NCBI RefSeq assembly: GCF_000315625.1
Contig: NW_005434614.1
Coordinates: 440,820-504,819 of the forward strand
Length of the DNA: 64,000 nt
Direction: 5' to 3'
Source: Guillardia theta CCMP2712
Lineage: Eukaryota; Protista; Cryptophyta
Under the pieces are notes generated by a model. The model was not told the DNA's origin, did no database searches, and was given only the letters and a program-made list of their open reading frames with translations. Shown here piece by piece: positions 18,806 to 31,100 of the stretch. A program made the position numbers and the translations under genes. Within the stretch, counting starts at the first letter, position 1, and every line of letters starts with the position of its first letter.

Positions 18806-19174
18806 TGCCATCTTTCGCTTGTTTCGGAGAGTGCATGTAGTGGCCGCGGAGGATTCTTGGTATGCCGATTCTTTGTTGGGCTGTTCATCAACCCACCGCC
18901 AAGCTGTTATTCCTGCTTGGGCATACGGACTTTCGGTTTCACTGACTAGAGAGTCGCTTCCTGATATCTCTGAGAAGCTTTCAACTTGGAGCCGAATCAT
19001 GCACCTTTCCTCAGCGTCGCAAGGGTTCTGGCTGGAGTTCAGACCATGTAGAGATATGTCTGATTCATTGAGCTCGTCAGGATCGTCGAACATGAACTCG
19101 AGAGTGTAATCTGTCAATGCCTGCTGGGTATGACCGATGAAGCTATGCGTCAAATGCTCCTCCGTATCAATCAT
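17841..19174 (-). CDS. bHLH-PAS-like transcription factor, copy 2 (spliced)
   Basis: NKRKMAEKKQRVRSSQKELLRQLDAFLP, with the remainder near-identical to copy 1. Confidence 0.65.
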
Positions 19175-19855
19175 CACACTCCGCCCTTGTTGACCTGCGC
19201 CCCAACGGCGGAGAGGAGATTGTTTTTATATCCCCCGCCCCCCACAAATCATCCGGCTGTTAGGATAAGACGTGCGTACATTATGCAGTCGGTTGATTAA
19301 AATTTTAAGAGGTCGCTCATGTTACGACACTCAACCGACGAGTGCTATCCGTTAAGATCTCGAGGGGATCATGATGCGTTCGCGAAAAGAGAGTGTTTCG
19401 GATGTCCTTTTCCTGTCAGTCACGGTCATCGGTTTTCCGTTGGACCCCTGTTTCCCTACAGTTGAGACGGGGTTTTATTGCCCCCTCTTCCGTTGCCCCC
19501 CCGTTGGAGGCTTGTCTGGTTCATTATCCCAACTTACATGACAGTACGTGATTCGAAAACAAATGTTTTCGAAAAAGCAAAGTGCTGATAAAGGCAAGAA
19601 GGGGACTGGTGCAGAGGCAAGCTTTCGACGTGAGGAGGAGGCGATGAGCGATGGTATCATTCCTAATACTTTCCCCTTTCTTGATACAAGATCATCATCG
19701 GTGTGCTGAACCTTTCACAGAGCTGAGATGATCGACGACCTTCTCTGTCAAGCTAAAAAGAATCTAGTCGTGAAAAAGCCAGATATGTTGATGTATGTTG
19801 TCCGAGCATAGAGTGCAGTGTAGCTGATAAACAATCTTCTGACCTAAAGTAAGCA

Positions 19856-20860
19856 ATGGAACCAAATTTAGAGCTCCATCAACCAGAACCAGCCATCAAC
19901 TCTGAGAGCAATGCTGAGGAACTACTCAAAAAGCTCGAGGAGGTCCTGAAGACTCGAGGTGACTGAGCTCTTGGAGCCATCAGTATCTGACCATCATGTC
20001 AAGATCTTTCGTGTGTCAATCTCCTTCAATCCAGCGAGCTCAGCCCGCAGGATGAAGTACTTCGAGACGCCTGCGAGGTTCTGAGGTATCAAGACATCCC
20101 TCCAATCCCCCCCCCCAACACCCCCCCCCCCCGTCTCACTCCTCTGCAGCAGGTTGGCCATCCAAAATGAGGAAGAGCACGGCGGCTCGGGCGGGAGCTC
20201 AGTCTCCTTTCAGCAGGGTAAGACCTCTTGCTAGCGCATGCGAGTGCCTTGTGCAAGGGTGCGCACGTCGATTTGCCTCCTAGCAGCTCCCCGTGGAGCT
20301 GACGCGTCCCTGTTCCCAGGTTTGCTGACAAGCTCCGAGATGCTGGTTTTCACCGCACGGCTGCCGCTATGGACGATCATGTTCAAGGATAAGCTGTCTA
20401 GTTGAGACCTGACTTGCTCGCTCCCAGGGATATGGGGAGAGGAATGAAGGAGTTCACCGCCAACGTGCCATGGAGGAACGAGATGGAGCTTCGGCTGCCG
20501 CAGCTGATTCACCCGGGTGACAAGAAGGAGCTCGAGAGCCTAGCTGGAGACAGAGCTGAAGGGGGGCAGAGAAGGTGACTCAAGTCAGAGGAGAGGAGGA
20601 GGAGGAGGAGGATGAAAAGGAGGAGGGAGAGGAAGAAAAATGGTGATGTCGGGTTTTGCAGGAGCAAGCTTTCTCTACGCATGATGCACTACTCCGTGGA
20701 GGAAGTGCCCGACGACGAGGACCCCAGCCTTCTTCGGCGGGTCTTTGGTTGTCAGTTCGTCCACTTTGCTGTTTCTGCGGTGCGATACTCGGCAGAAGGA
20801 GGGGGGGCGGCGTTTCTGATGGTATGCGAGGAGGAAGGAGTAGTGAATCAGCTGCATTAA
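19856..20860 (+). CDS. Divergent HLH-PAS-like paralog with no basic region before helix 1; upstream exons from ~19640 possible
   Basis: Manual splicing gives AEELLKKLEEVLK..DEVLRDACEVLR|..SVSFQQG|LLTSSEMLVFTARLPLWTIM|DMGRGMKEFTANVPW..LPQLIHPGDKKEL..LSLRMMHY..*. Intron positions match copies 1 and 2. Confidence 0.65.
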
Positions 20861-22005
20861 AGTTGACCTGGGGCCTGCAGCTTGTATCCTTTCGCTCGCT
20901 TGCCCTCCACCCGCAGCGTCCTCCCGTGTCTCTTCTCCCTTACTTCTCGGCGCTTCCTCCTCTTTGCCCGCAGGCGCTTGTAGTACTGCCAGCGAGCAAT
21001 GCAGATTACGGTCAGGGTGACGAACAGGGCAAGCAGCGCCAGGCACGCGACCACCCAGGGGGCAAGGAAGGAGCAGGCACGTCCGATCCATCCAGACTTG
21101 CAGATGCAGACTCCCTCCACGTCGCAGACGCCATGGCCCGAGCAGATCTTGGGCGGCAACGGCCCGCCAGGACAGAGGATGCTGCAGCTGTAGTTTCGGT
21201 AGGCCACCTCGCACAGACAAGTCCCATCCTCCAGGCAGTTGCCGTTGCCGTTGCATGGGTCTGCCGCTCCCCCGTCGCACTCCCGCTGGCAGGCAGACAG
21301 GCGGTACCCGCTGTCGCACGTGCAGTTGCCGTCCTGCAGGCAGCGCCCGTGCCCCGAGCACACGTTGGTCGCTCCTCCAAGGCACTCAACCTGGCAACCT
21401 CCTCCTCTCCAGCCCGAGTCAACGTTGGCTGGCATCCCGTACTGGCAGTCACAAGTTGCGTCTGCTCGGCAGTATCCGTGCCCGCTGCAGGAAGAGGTGT
21501 TGGCGGGATGGACGTTGGAGGGACACTCGAGCTCGCAACCGACGCCTCGGAAGCCGCTGTTGCACACACAAGCTCCGAGGGGGAGGGGGAAACTCTGCAA
21601 GAACAAATCAGCACAGCGACAGAGGAGCAAGGAGGGGAGAGGAGACTGAGAAGGAGAGCAACAGCAGCACAATCAAGAAGCATGTAGGACTGAGGAGACT
21701 GAGAAGAAGAGCAACAGCAGCACAATCAAGAAGCATGTAGGACTGAGGAGACTGAGAAGAAGAGCAACAGCAGCACAATCAAGAAGCATGTTGGACCGAG
21801 ATCAGTGGCCATCCGTTTGTCTTCAGGAACCTCGAGCCTCCATCCACAAGAATGTCCTTGAGATTCTGCAGGCAGACGCCATGCTCAAAGCAGACCCCGG
21901 CCCCCTCCTCGAAGCCCGGGCACGACAGTCGGCAGTCCAGCCCGGCATATCCGATGTCGCACTTGCAGGTAGCGCTCCTAGAAGCAAAGCAGGTCACACA
22001 AGAAC

Positions 22006-22077
<72 letters not shown>

Positions 22078-22079
22078 GA

Positions 22080-22145
<66 letters not shown>

Positions 22146-25100
22146 TTCCTTACACGTTGGACTGGTCGTGGTAAACGTCGCACGTGCCTCGTCCCGAGCA
22201 TTCCCAGCCACTGGCTCCAGTGAAGACCATGGAGTCCTGGCCGGGGCAGAGGAACCTGCAGTCATCTCCTCTGTACCCGTAGTAGCACGCGCATGATCCG
22301 TCGGAGAGGCAGACCCCGTTGAAAGAGCACGGCTTTCCTACCTCTCCCTTGCACTTGATGCTGCAGTCAGGGCCCGTGAAGCCGACGTTGCAGGAGCAGG
22401 TAGCGTCTGGGAGGCAGAGCCCCTTCCTCGAGCACGGGTTGTCCCATCCCCCTGGGCACTCTAGCTCGCAGCTATCGCCCGTCCAACCTGTCTTGCAGAC
22501 GCAGGTTCCGTCACCGATGCACCCTGATTGGACTGTCCCGTGCTCGCACTTGGAGCAGTTGTCACGGATCAGGCTGATCGCCTGCTCTACAAGTGCAGCT
22601 GTCGCGGCGTCTGGCCAGGAGGAGCCGTCCGTGGGAGATCCTCGCTGTTCGTTGATGAAGCTTGCAAGGTCTGCTGCTGAGAGACCAGAAGTGTCTGCCC
22701 AGATTGTGGTGCTGGGAGCAAGACGAGTCAGGAGACAGCAAGTGAGGAGAGGAGAGAACGAGAGAGGTACGCGAGAAGAAAGAACAAAGCAAGGGTAGGA
22801 GAGATCAGGAACAATATGTTCTTACACATCCACAAGTCGCAGGCCCGTGAAGAAGGCGATCGCTTTGAAGTCACACGATTGACATTCTCCGTTGAGTCGC
22901 GCCCAGGGCCCGGGAAGTCGCTCAGAGGGGTAGGACGGGTTGACCCTCAGCGTGGAGTAGAACTCTTGTGCTGTTTGTTGCCCGTCAAGTCCCCTCCTGC
23001 GATCAGAATGTCAAATTTTGAACATCAATCATCAACTCTAATCACTCTTGCAGCTTCGTCCAGATGTTCTGCAGCTCTTGGAGGCTGAACAAGCCGTCGC
23101 CGTTGAGGTCATAGACACTCGCGCACGACAATATGTCGGTCTTTGAGATGTTGGAGAAGACCGGAGGAAAGAACACAACGATGTTGCACAGATCGACGAT
23201 GTCGCCATTCGAGACCTCAGTGCCGTACACGATGAACTCAAAGAGAGGAGAGAGGGAGGGAAACATTGTTCCGACCTCGATCAGATATCTCATGACTCTG
23301 TACATGTCAAACTCAAGAGGCCAGTCCGTCTCCCATGTGCAGACAGCGCTGCCCGAGCAATCTTGCTGACCGCCCGGGCATGTGGCTCCCACGTTGGTCT
23401 CATTGCAGGTGCTGCCAGCGCAGAACAACAAACAGCCTGTGGCATCTGAGAAACTTTGCCACGTGCTGGGTGGTCCTGAGCCAACACAAACTCGCTCCCC
23501 CGTCCTCGTCCCTTGGCAGATCGGACGAGCGTCAGCTCGGATGCTTGCCTCTGCTAAGAGGATACTGTTGAAGTTCCACCCAGCAAGAACTGTGATGACG
23601 TCCTGAAGTCTGTGCATGAGCATCGTTGCCTGTCCTCACTGTTAGAGGGCTCAAGATCCTTCACCTCCTCCCTTCACCTTCGCCTCGTCTCCGTGACCCG
23701 TGCACGCATTTTCAGCTCCTCCCATGCACGTGATAGAGCAGTCCCTGCCTCTCCTTCCCTTGTCGCACACGCAGACTCCGTCCCAGTAGCAGAGCCCCTT
23801 GACTGCCGTCAGCATCGCTAGAGTCACGTGAGTTCTTCACCTGATCCGAGCACGCGACGCTGTTGACTCCCTTGGGACAAGCTGTCCGGTACTCGCTCTA
23901 TGTGCACAAGTCACAGAAGAGAAGAAGAAGGAGGAGACGGAGAAGGAGAAGGAAGAGAAAGAAGAAGAAGATGGAGAAGGAAGAAAAGAGGAAAGAAAGG
24001 TGGAGAGGAAGGAGAAGCGGAAGGGGAGAGGAGGGAGGAAATTAAGAGCAGAGGTGAACAAGAAATGCCTGCATGTCAGCTGCTGAGATTTGAATGATGT
24101 CATACTGCGGAAACGCCTGCAGCCCCAACAGGAGGAAAGGGATTTTGTGATCTTCAAAGTTTCCTAGACCGAGCTGACCCTCTTGGTTGCTGCCCATCAC
24201 GTACAGTCGAGGTACGAAGACGATCTGTCCTGGTTTGCCCAGCTCCATGCGCTGTCTGGCAAGCAGAAGCGAGTGGGAGTCTCCTCCTACAGCCATCACT
24301 GCATCCGATCCGAACCGCTCGAAGTCTGCCTCGGAGACGCAGGGGATAGGAGGCTGCCCGCTTGCTATGAGCGTGGCATCTGTTTCAGAAGCCTGCGGTA
24401 CAAGTTTGAGCCTCTGGCCCCCGCAGCAAAGTCTCACCTGTCCAACATCGTAGAACGCTGAGCTGCAGACTGTCGAGCTCGACCTCAGCTGGCGAACAAG
24501 CTGGGGGGCTACATGGTAGAAGAGCCCGTTCCCTCCTGCTCTCAGGTTAGCCCGAGAGGAGCTCGAAGAGATCGGCGGCGACCGTCATCCAACGCTAAAG
24601 GAACTCCCAGCTGACCCTTTGAATTGTCGCCCCAGCTGTAAACATCTCCTAGCTCTGAGATCGCCAGGCTGCGAGCTAGAATCAACCGTCAAGACAGCAG
24701 GCAACCTGCTGGACCTGTGCCGACTTCCTGCTGCCACTCCAACGATTCGAACTTTGATAAGGGGCTCGACTAGAGACGGCGTCAACTGCAGCGACAGGCT
24801 GTCAGGACAAGTTTGCCTCCAGTTGAAGGAAGAGAGATCAGACGAGGTAGAGCAGGAGCAGCAGCAGCAGCAGCAGGAGCAGCAGCCTGGACCTGATCGA
24901 AGAGTCCGCTAGAAGAATCCGTTCCTACCCCCACGTAGCAAACGCCTGCTGCTCCCTGATCCCTTACGATCGAGTTGCACAGCCCCAGCTGAAAGTGGCC
25001 CTGTCAACTCGATCTTGACGTCCTCCCTCCACGAGCCTCACCTGCCCGTAGTGGTTCCAACCCCACGCGTACAACCTGCCGTCGTCCGCGAGAGCGAGAG

Positions 25101-28100
25101 AATGGTAGAGCCCAGCTGCCACCTTGACAAACCTCACCTCGACTGTGATCCGTGTCAACCCGATGACCACTCACAAAAACCCGCAGGCGGGCGGGCGGGC
25201 GGGCGGGCGGGCAGGCAGGCAGGCAGGAAGATGGAAGGAGGAAGGAAGGAAAGAAGGCAGGAAAGAAGGCAGGGAGGGTGTACCTCCTCCAGCCATGACT
25301 TTGACTCTTTGAGGAGCTCGTCTTGTCACCCGATCGTTGAGCCCCAGCTGAAATCTCATTAGCTGGGTCTAATAGCTGACTGGCTCCGCACCTGGCCCTT
25401 GTTGTTGTAGCCGCACGAGTAGAGATGCCCCGAGGAAGCGACTAGAAGACTGTGAGCGTATCCGGCAGCTGCCTCCACCACTTGCTCCCCCAGGCTGTAA
25501 AGCTGATCGTTCATGGAGGGGCTGGAAACTGTCGGAGCCATCATTGCCGAGCCCAGGCCCAGCTGGACAAGCTTGTTATGTCTCCACAAGCGCAGGAGCG
25601 ACTCACCTGCCCGAACATGTTCCAACCCCACGTGTAGAGTAGACCGTCGGAAGTCCAGGCGAGAACATGAAAGGATCCAGCAGCTATGCCGGTGACGTTC
25701 TCCTGTTCGAGACGATCAGGTGTAAAGGTCAAGGGAAGAAGGACGAATGCTTTCAGTAGAGCAAGAGGAGCCATGCAGGACAAGCCAGAAGCAAGACGAT
25801 AATCAAGAATGAAACTTGCCTGATCGATGTTCTTCGTGCAGACGATCAGCCCTTCCGAGCTGAGCACCTGACGGCAACAAGTCCTGATAATGCTCGGCAC
25901 ACTCTTGCTCTTGTAGTCGCCTGTCCCCAGCTGACCAAGGTAGTTGTCACCCCACGTGTAGACCTTTCCTACTAGCGGCATCGTCCCTGGCGCGTCCCTG
26001 AACGTCTCCCTAGCGATCGCGACGCCGAAGGTCTTGCCCAGCACAAATGCTGCCACGTCCTTCCCCTCCAGCGCAGAGACTGGGGTAGGGCTGAGCTCGC
26101 AGTTGCTGCAGGAGGGCGAAGTTTGGTTGTGCCCAAGGTTCAGCCACTCGTTGACGCCGAAGGAGAAGGGTTGGCGGACGCCATTGAACTTGAGGTAAGG
26201 GCCGCTGTAGCTGACGATGAAGTCTGCCGAGTCAATGAAGTTGTCTCCTATACCCGGGCTCAGCGGGACGGCAAGCAAGGAACCGTCCTTGATGAGGGTG
26301 CAGATGGTTCGAGGGCTGGACTTCTGGCCGTTGACAGCGACTTCAATGCTGACACGTCCGTGCGTTGAGACGCTGGGGGTGCGGCAGAGGATGACAGTCT
26401 CGCTGATATAGGTCGCTTCTGTTGCCTGCAGTTCTTCTCCAAACCTGCACATGAGCTCGGAGGTGTTGCGGAAGTACTTGCCGACGATGGTAAGAGTGAC
26501 GCCGCCGTAAAGAGGGGAGGAGAGAGGAGATACCGTATCGATCACCCAAGGGAGGGAGTAGTAGAAGAGAGTAGAGCTCTCTGAAAAGTCCTCACTGTTC
26601 AAAGAGACTCTGACGTTGACTGGGGACAGGTAGGAGTCAGGAGTTGATAGGTTAGCTAAGAAGAGCATCGGAGGAAAGCGAGCGACAAGGCTGAAAGTGT
26701 CCAGGAATTTCACGTAAGGAGCAAGACATGTCTCGTTGAAAAACCTCCCGCATATGTTCTGATCGCTCACCCTGACCACCAAGTCCTCAGTGTCGACAAA
26801 CCCTTCTCCGATGAGTGTGATGGTTGTGTTGGAGAAAAAGTCTCCAACGTCAGGATGAATGTTGGTGAGGTTGATGAGCTCATGGAACCTGTACTTGCTG
26901 TCTTGCAGAGTCTGCTGACACATGTAGTAAGGATATGCGGGTGTGCTGGTGTCGTCCAGACGACATTCCTGAGCATAGCTGGGGACCTGAACCCAGTGCT
27001 CGCCGTTCATGGTAACGAACATGACGTTTTCTTCGTACACGCCAACGTCAGGGTTGACAAGAGAAGAAGAGGACTGGTTGGGAAAGTTGCACTCGAGTAT
27101 CTCCGAAGACAACTCAAATGGGTCCCAGGCACACATGAAGTTGGCTGGCAGGCAGATCGATCGGCGATATCCGGGGACAAAGTCGTTGCGAAACATGCCG
27201 GGAGGGACTGGGAGGCCGTTGCAAGGGATGGGGGAACGAGGGCAGGAGGGGTTGTAAGGGCGCTTGATGAGGCAATCTTGTAGCTTCTGGTCCCTGATGA
27301 GGGTGGAGGGCCGGAGGAGGAGGACGCTAGGAGGGAGGCAGGTCAGCATCGTGGAGTTGTCGACAGTCAGAGGCGTCGGTCGCTGTGGGTAGAAGAGGCA
27401 GGAAGCTCGCTGGTCAGGATCAGATACGAAGAAAGTCCCGCGGATGACCGTCAGGTTTCCCCCCGTCTCGGGCCCGATGGTGGGAGAGAAGGAGGTCAGA
27501 GTCCACATGGCGACGTAGCGGAAGCTGCCGCAGTAGAGCTTGGAGATGTAGGAGAGGTCGTTGGTGCGCATGAACAGCCCCCACTGTAGCGATTTCTCAG
27601 CGCAGGAAAAGCGAGAGGGATCGGAGAGGGAGACGTAGTTGATGCCGTCCAGGGAGAGGGAAACGTTGAAGGTCCAGACAGCAGGAAGGTACTGCGAGCC
27701 TAGTGAGTCAGGAATGGCCCTCCAGATCTTGGGGAAGCGAGCGATGAACTGGTTGTTGTCGACCACACGCGGAGCAAAACACTTCTGCCTCCTGCTGCCC
27801 TGCCGGATGTTGAGAGCGTACGAGGGCCCGGCCGAGGCTTCAAGGAAGCAGTCAAGGAGAGGCGACAGACCGGAAGGAAGGAAGCCGTCGCCTGTGAACG
27901 TGACCTCGGTGTTCTCGATGTACGGGCCGACGGCAGGAGAGATCTTAAGGATGGTAGGAGGTCGATAGAGGAGGATAGGAAGGGGGTCAAACTGCCCCTC
28001 CTGCTGCTCCCGCTGACTCCAGTGCTGCCCGTCCAACGTGACTTGGAGCTCGACAAGCCCCAGAACGTTCTCGCCCGAAAGATCCGGCATGATACAGACA

Positions 28101-31100
28101 AGTTGGTTGAGGCCAAGGAGAAAGGCTCGTGAAGATAAGACAGACCAGCTTGCAGTCGAGAACTTGCAGGCAAGCTTGTCATGCTGCGAGTAGATCACCT
28201 GTCAACAAAAATCAGTGAGGCAGCAGTGAACTGAAGCACTTGACCTCCATCGGACAAGAACCTGGTTGAAAACTCTTGTACCTGAACGGAGAGAGTTAGA
28301 GAGATCAGCTAGCGATTGAATAAGAACATCAACTCGTTCCATCCTCCAACTTCACCAACTTGCTCCCTCCATCTCTCCCCCATCAATCCCCTCTCCCTCC
28401 CTTCCCCCCTCCCCTCCTCTCTCCCTCTCTACGCGTCTCTGTCATCGAATCATTCCAATCTTCCAGCAGCATCTACATTTGTGTCTCTTGCCACGCATAT
28501 TCGAGAATATTTGGAAGCAATTTACCAGAAGCTTCCTTCAAACAAGGCCCCTCCTCCTCCAGTGTTTGCAAAAGTGTCGGCAAAGCAACTCTTCCTTCTC
28601 CTGGGCTCTGACACAAACGAATGGTTGAAAGCAGAAGAGACCGTGACGGTCACAGGGCTGGTGATGAAGACAGCAGACGGAAAGACGTTTTGAAGAGAAG
28701 GAGAGGTGAAGTAATAGAAGCTGATTCCCTGGTTTGACCAAACCCTGCCGTCAAACGTGACCTCCAGCGGCACTGAGCCGTTGTACTGCAAGGGAGGGGA
28801 AGAACAGGTCCAAAACCCGGCCTGCACTAGGGTGGCAGGGACGACCTGGAGGTCAAACTTGCAGAAGATGTTGTTGCCGGCGTTGGAGATGTCAGACTGT
28901 ATGCTGTCGAGGTGAAGGAACTGGAGGGTTACTTGAGTTCCTCCTGCCATGGGTCCGCTCTTGGGGGTGATGGAGAGGATGGTGACCTGGGGGCCGCATG
29001 CAAACCCTGTGAAGCCGATGCCCGTGCAGTTGCAAGCCGAGAGCATGCCGTTGGTGAGGGGGTCCTGGTACTGATAGCAGTTGCCTCTACCCGAGCAATC
29101 GAAGGGGCAGGAGGAGGAGGTGGACTGAAAGTACTGGAAGGACGGGAGGACTGTAAACTTGTAGTTGAGGAGCTTGAGGTAAACGGCGACGGTCTGGATG
29201 ATGGAGCTGGGGGGAGGGCTGACTATGAGCTCGTTGTCGGAGGTCGACTGGATTATGGTTCCGTCAATGGCTCCGAACAGGACGGACCATGCGGCAGACT
29301 GGCCGAGCTTGGAGGGCTGAAGGAGGTTAGAGCCGAAGATGGTGACAGGGGAGCTAGACTGTACAGCCATGGCTGAAGGAACGACGTTAGAGAAGACAGG
29401 CTGAGGATAGGTTTGAAAGAGGATGTCATTCACGCTGTCGAACTCCTCGCCGTTGTATGACAGGCGGAGGATGGAGGTTCCGATTGGAATGCCGGCCGGA
29501 GTGATACATAAGATGTTTGCTTTGCCGGAGTTTGAGAAGTATGCTCCCCGGAACACAACGTCTGCTACCTTGCAGAAAATATCATGGCCTCCGTTCTTGG
29601 GCTCCAGGAACACACCATCCACCGTGATGGATGTCCCTCCAAAGACGGGCCCGGCCGATGGGTAGACGTTCTGGACGACAGGATATCTGTAGTAGGTGAA
29701 GAACTCGTAGCGGATCTCGTCCAGGCAGCCTCCAGCAGGGTTTGAGGAGTACCAGCAGTTTGTGGTCCCTCGCTTGACGCAGTAGGAGTTGCCGTTGGCT
29801 GCGATGTACACTTGGGATCCAACGTCGCAGTCCCAGGAGCAGTAGGACACGTCGCCGCACCGTCCCGGCTTCCAGATGCAGAGCTCGCAGCTCACAAAAT
29901 CTTTGCTGTTCATGGTGAGGGTAAGCTGGGGGGCGTCGGCGAAGCGCTCTGGGGCAGGGCAGATGATTTCGGTGGCGGTGACGAACACAGCTTCTGTGTA
30001 GAGGAACTCAAACTTGCATCGGAGGTCGGGATGGTCGACGAAGCCTTTGCCGTACACGTGAATTTGGGTGCCTCCGTTGAGGTTCCCAGCCTTGGGGTAA
30101 AAGTCTTGGAAGAGGAAGGGGCGGTAGTAGAAGAAGGTCAGCTCCTGCGAGTTCGGTTCCCCCGGATTCATCTGAATGCCAACAGTCGTCTGAAGAACTT
30201 GAGGAGAGCGGCCGAACAACCTGAACTCGCTGATCCCAACCACCTTGCTCCCGTCTGGACGGCCCACAACATCTCGAACTACCAGTCGCACTCGGTTGAC
30301 ATCGGCAGGCTCGTCCCTGCTCAAGTAAACTGAAGGCATCTCGAAGAACTAGGAGCAAGTCAGCACCAAGACAAGTCAGCGCCTCCTCACCTTCTCCTCC
30401 CCAGCAGTCCAGGAGACCTCCTGCTTCACGTCATCCAGCACCTGCCACGTCTCGCCGTCTACGGAGCCCAGCACCTGCCAGCTCGACGGGGCGTCATAGA
30501 CCGAGAAAAGCTCGTGCTGAACTTGCTCGCTAAGGTCGACGAGGCCGCTGCTGAGCTTGATGCTGTAACCCGCCACCACCTGCCTCGGCTCGACGTTGAT
30601 GCGGAAACCTGTTGACCCTTGCGTGAAGCGATACTGCAGCCACTGGGGCATGCCCGGGGAGGAGAACCAGCTCTTATAGTCACTCTGACCGTCAACTGCG
30701 TTGATCGCCTGCCCTGTGAGGACTCGAGAGCCATTGAGAGTCGAGACGAAGAAGCTGCTCTCCGACGACGATGTCACCAGCCCCCCAGCTGAGCTGATAG
30801 GCCTCGCGCTGAAGTCAACGCCAAAAGCAGGAAAATGCAAGAGCGCAGGAGCTGAGCAGACAAGAGAACCATCGTAGCACTTCCCCGTGCTTGGGTTGCA
30901 GGAGCTTGTAGAGTCCCAGGCAGCTGTCACCGTGACGTTGCCGAACATGCACATGTAGGTCTGATTGCCGGGAGGAGGACGGAGAAACGTTCCCATGACC
31001 GAGACTGTCGTCCCTCCTTCCGTGGGGCCGCTGGAGGGGTAGACCCACTCAGCACGACCGTATCGGAACCTGGGAACGGCGAAGGTGTGAACAATCTGAC

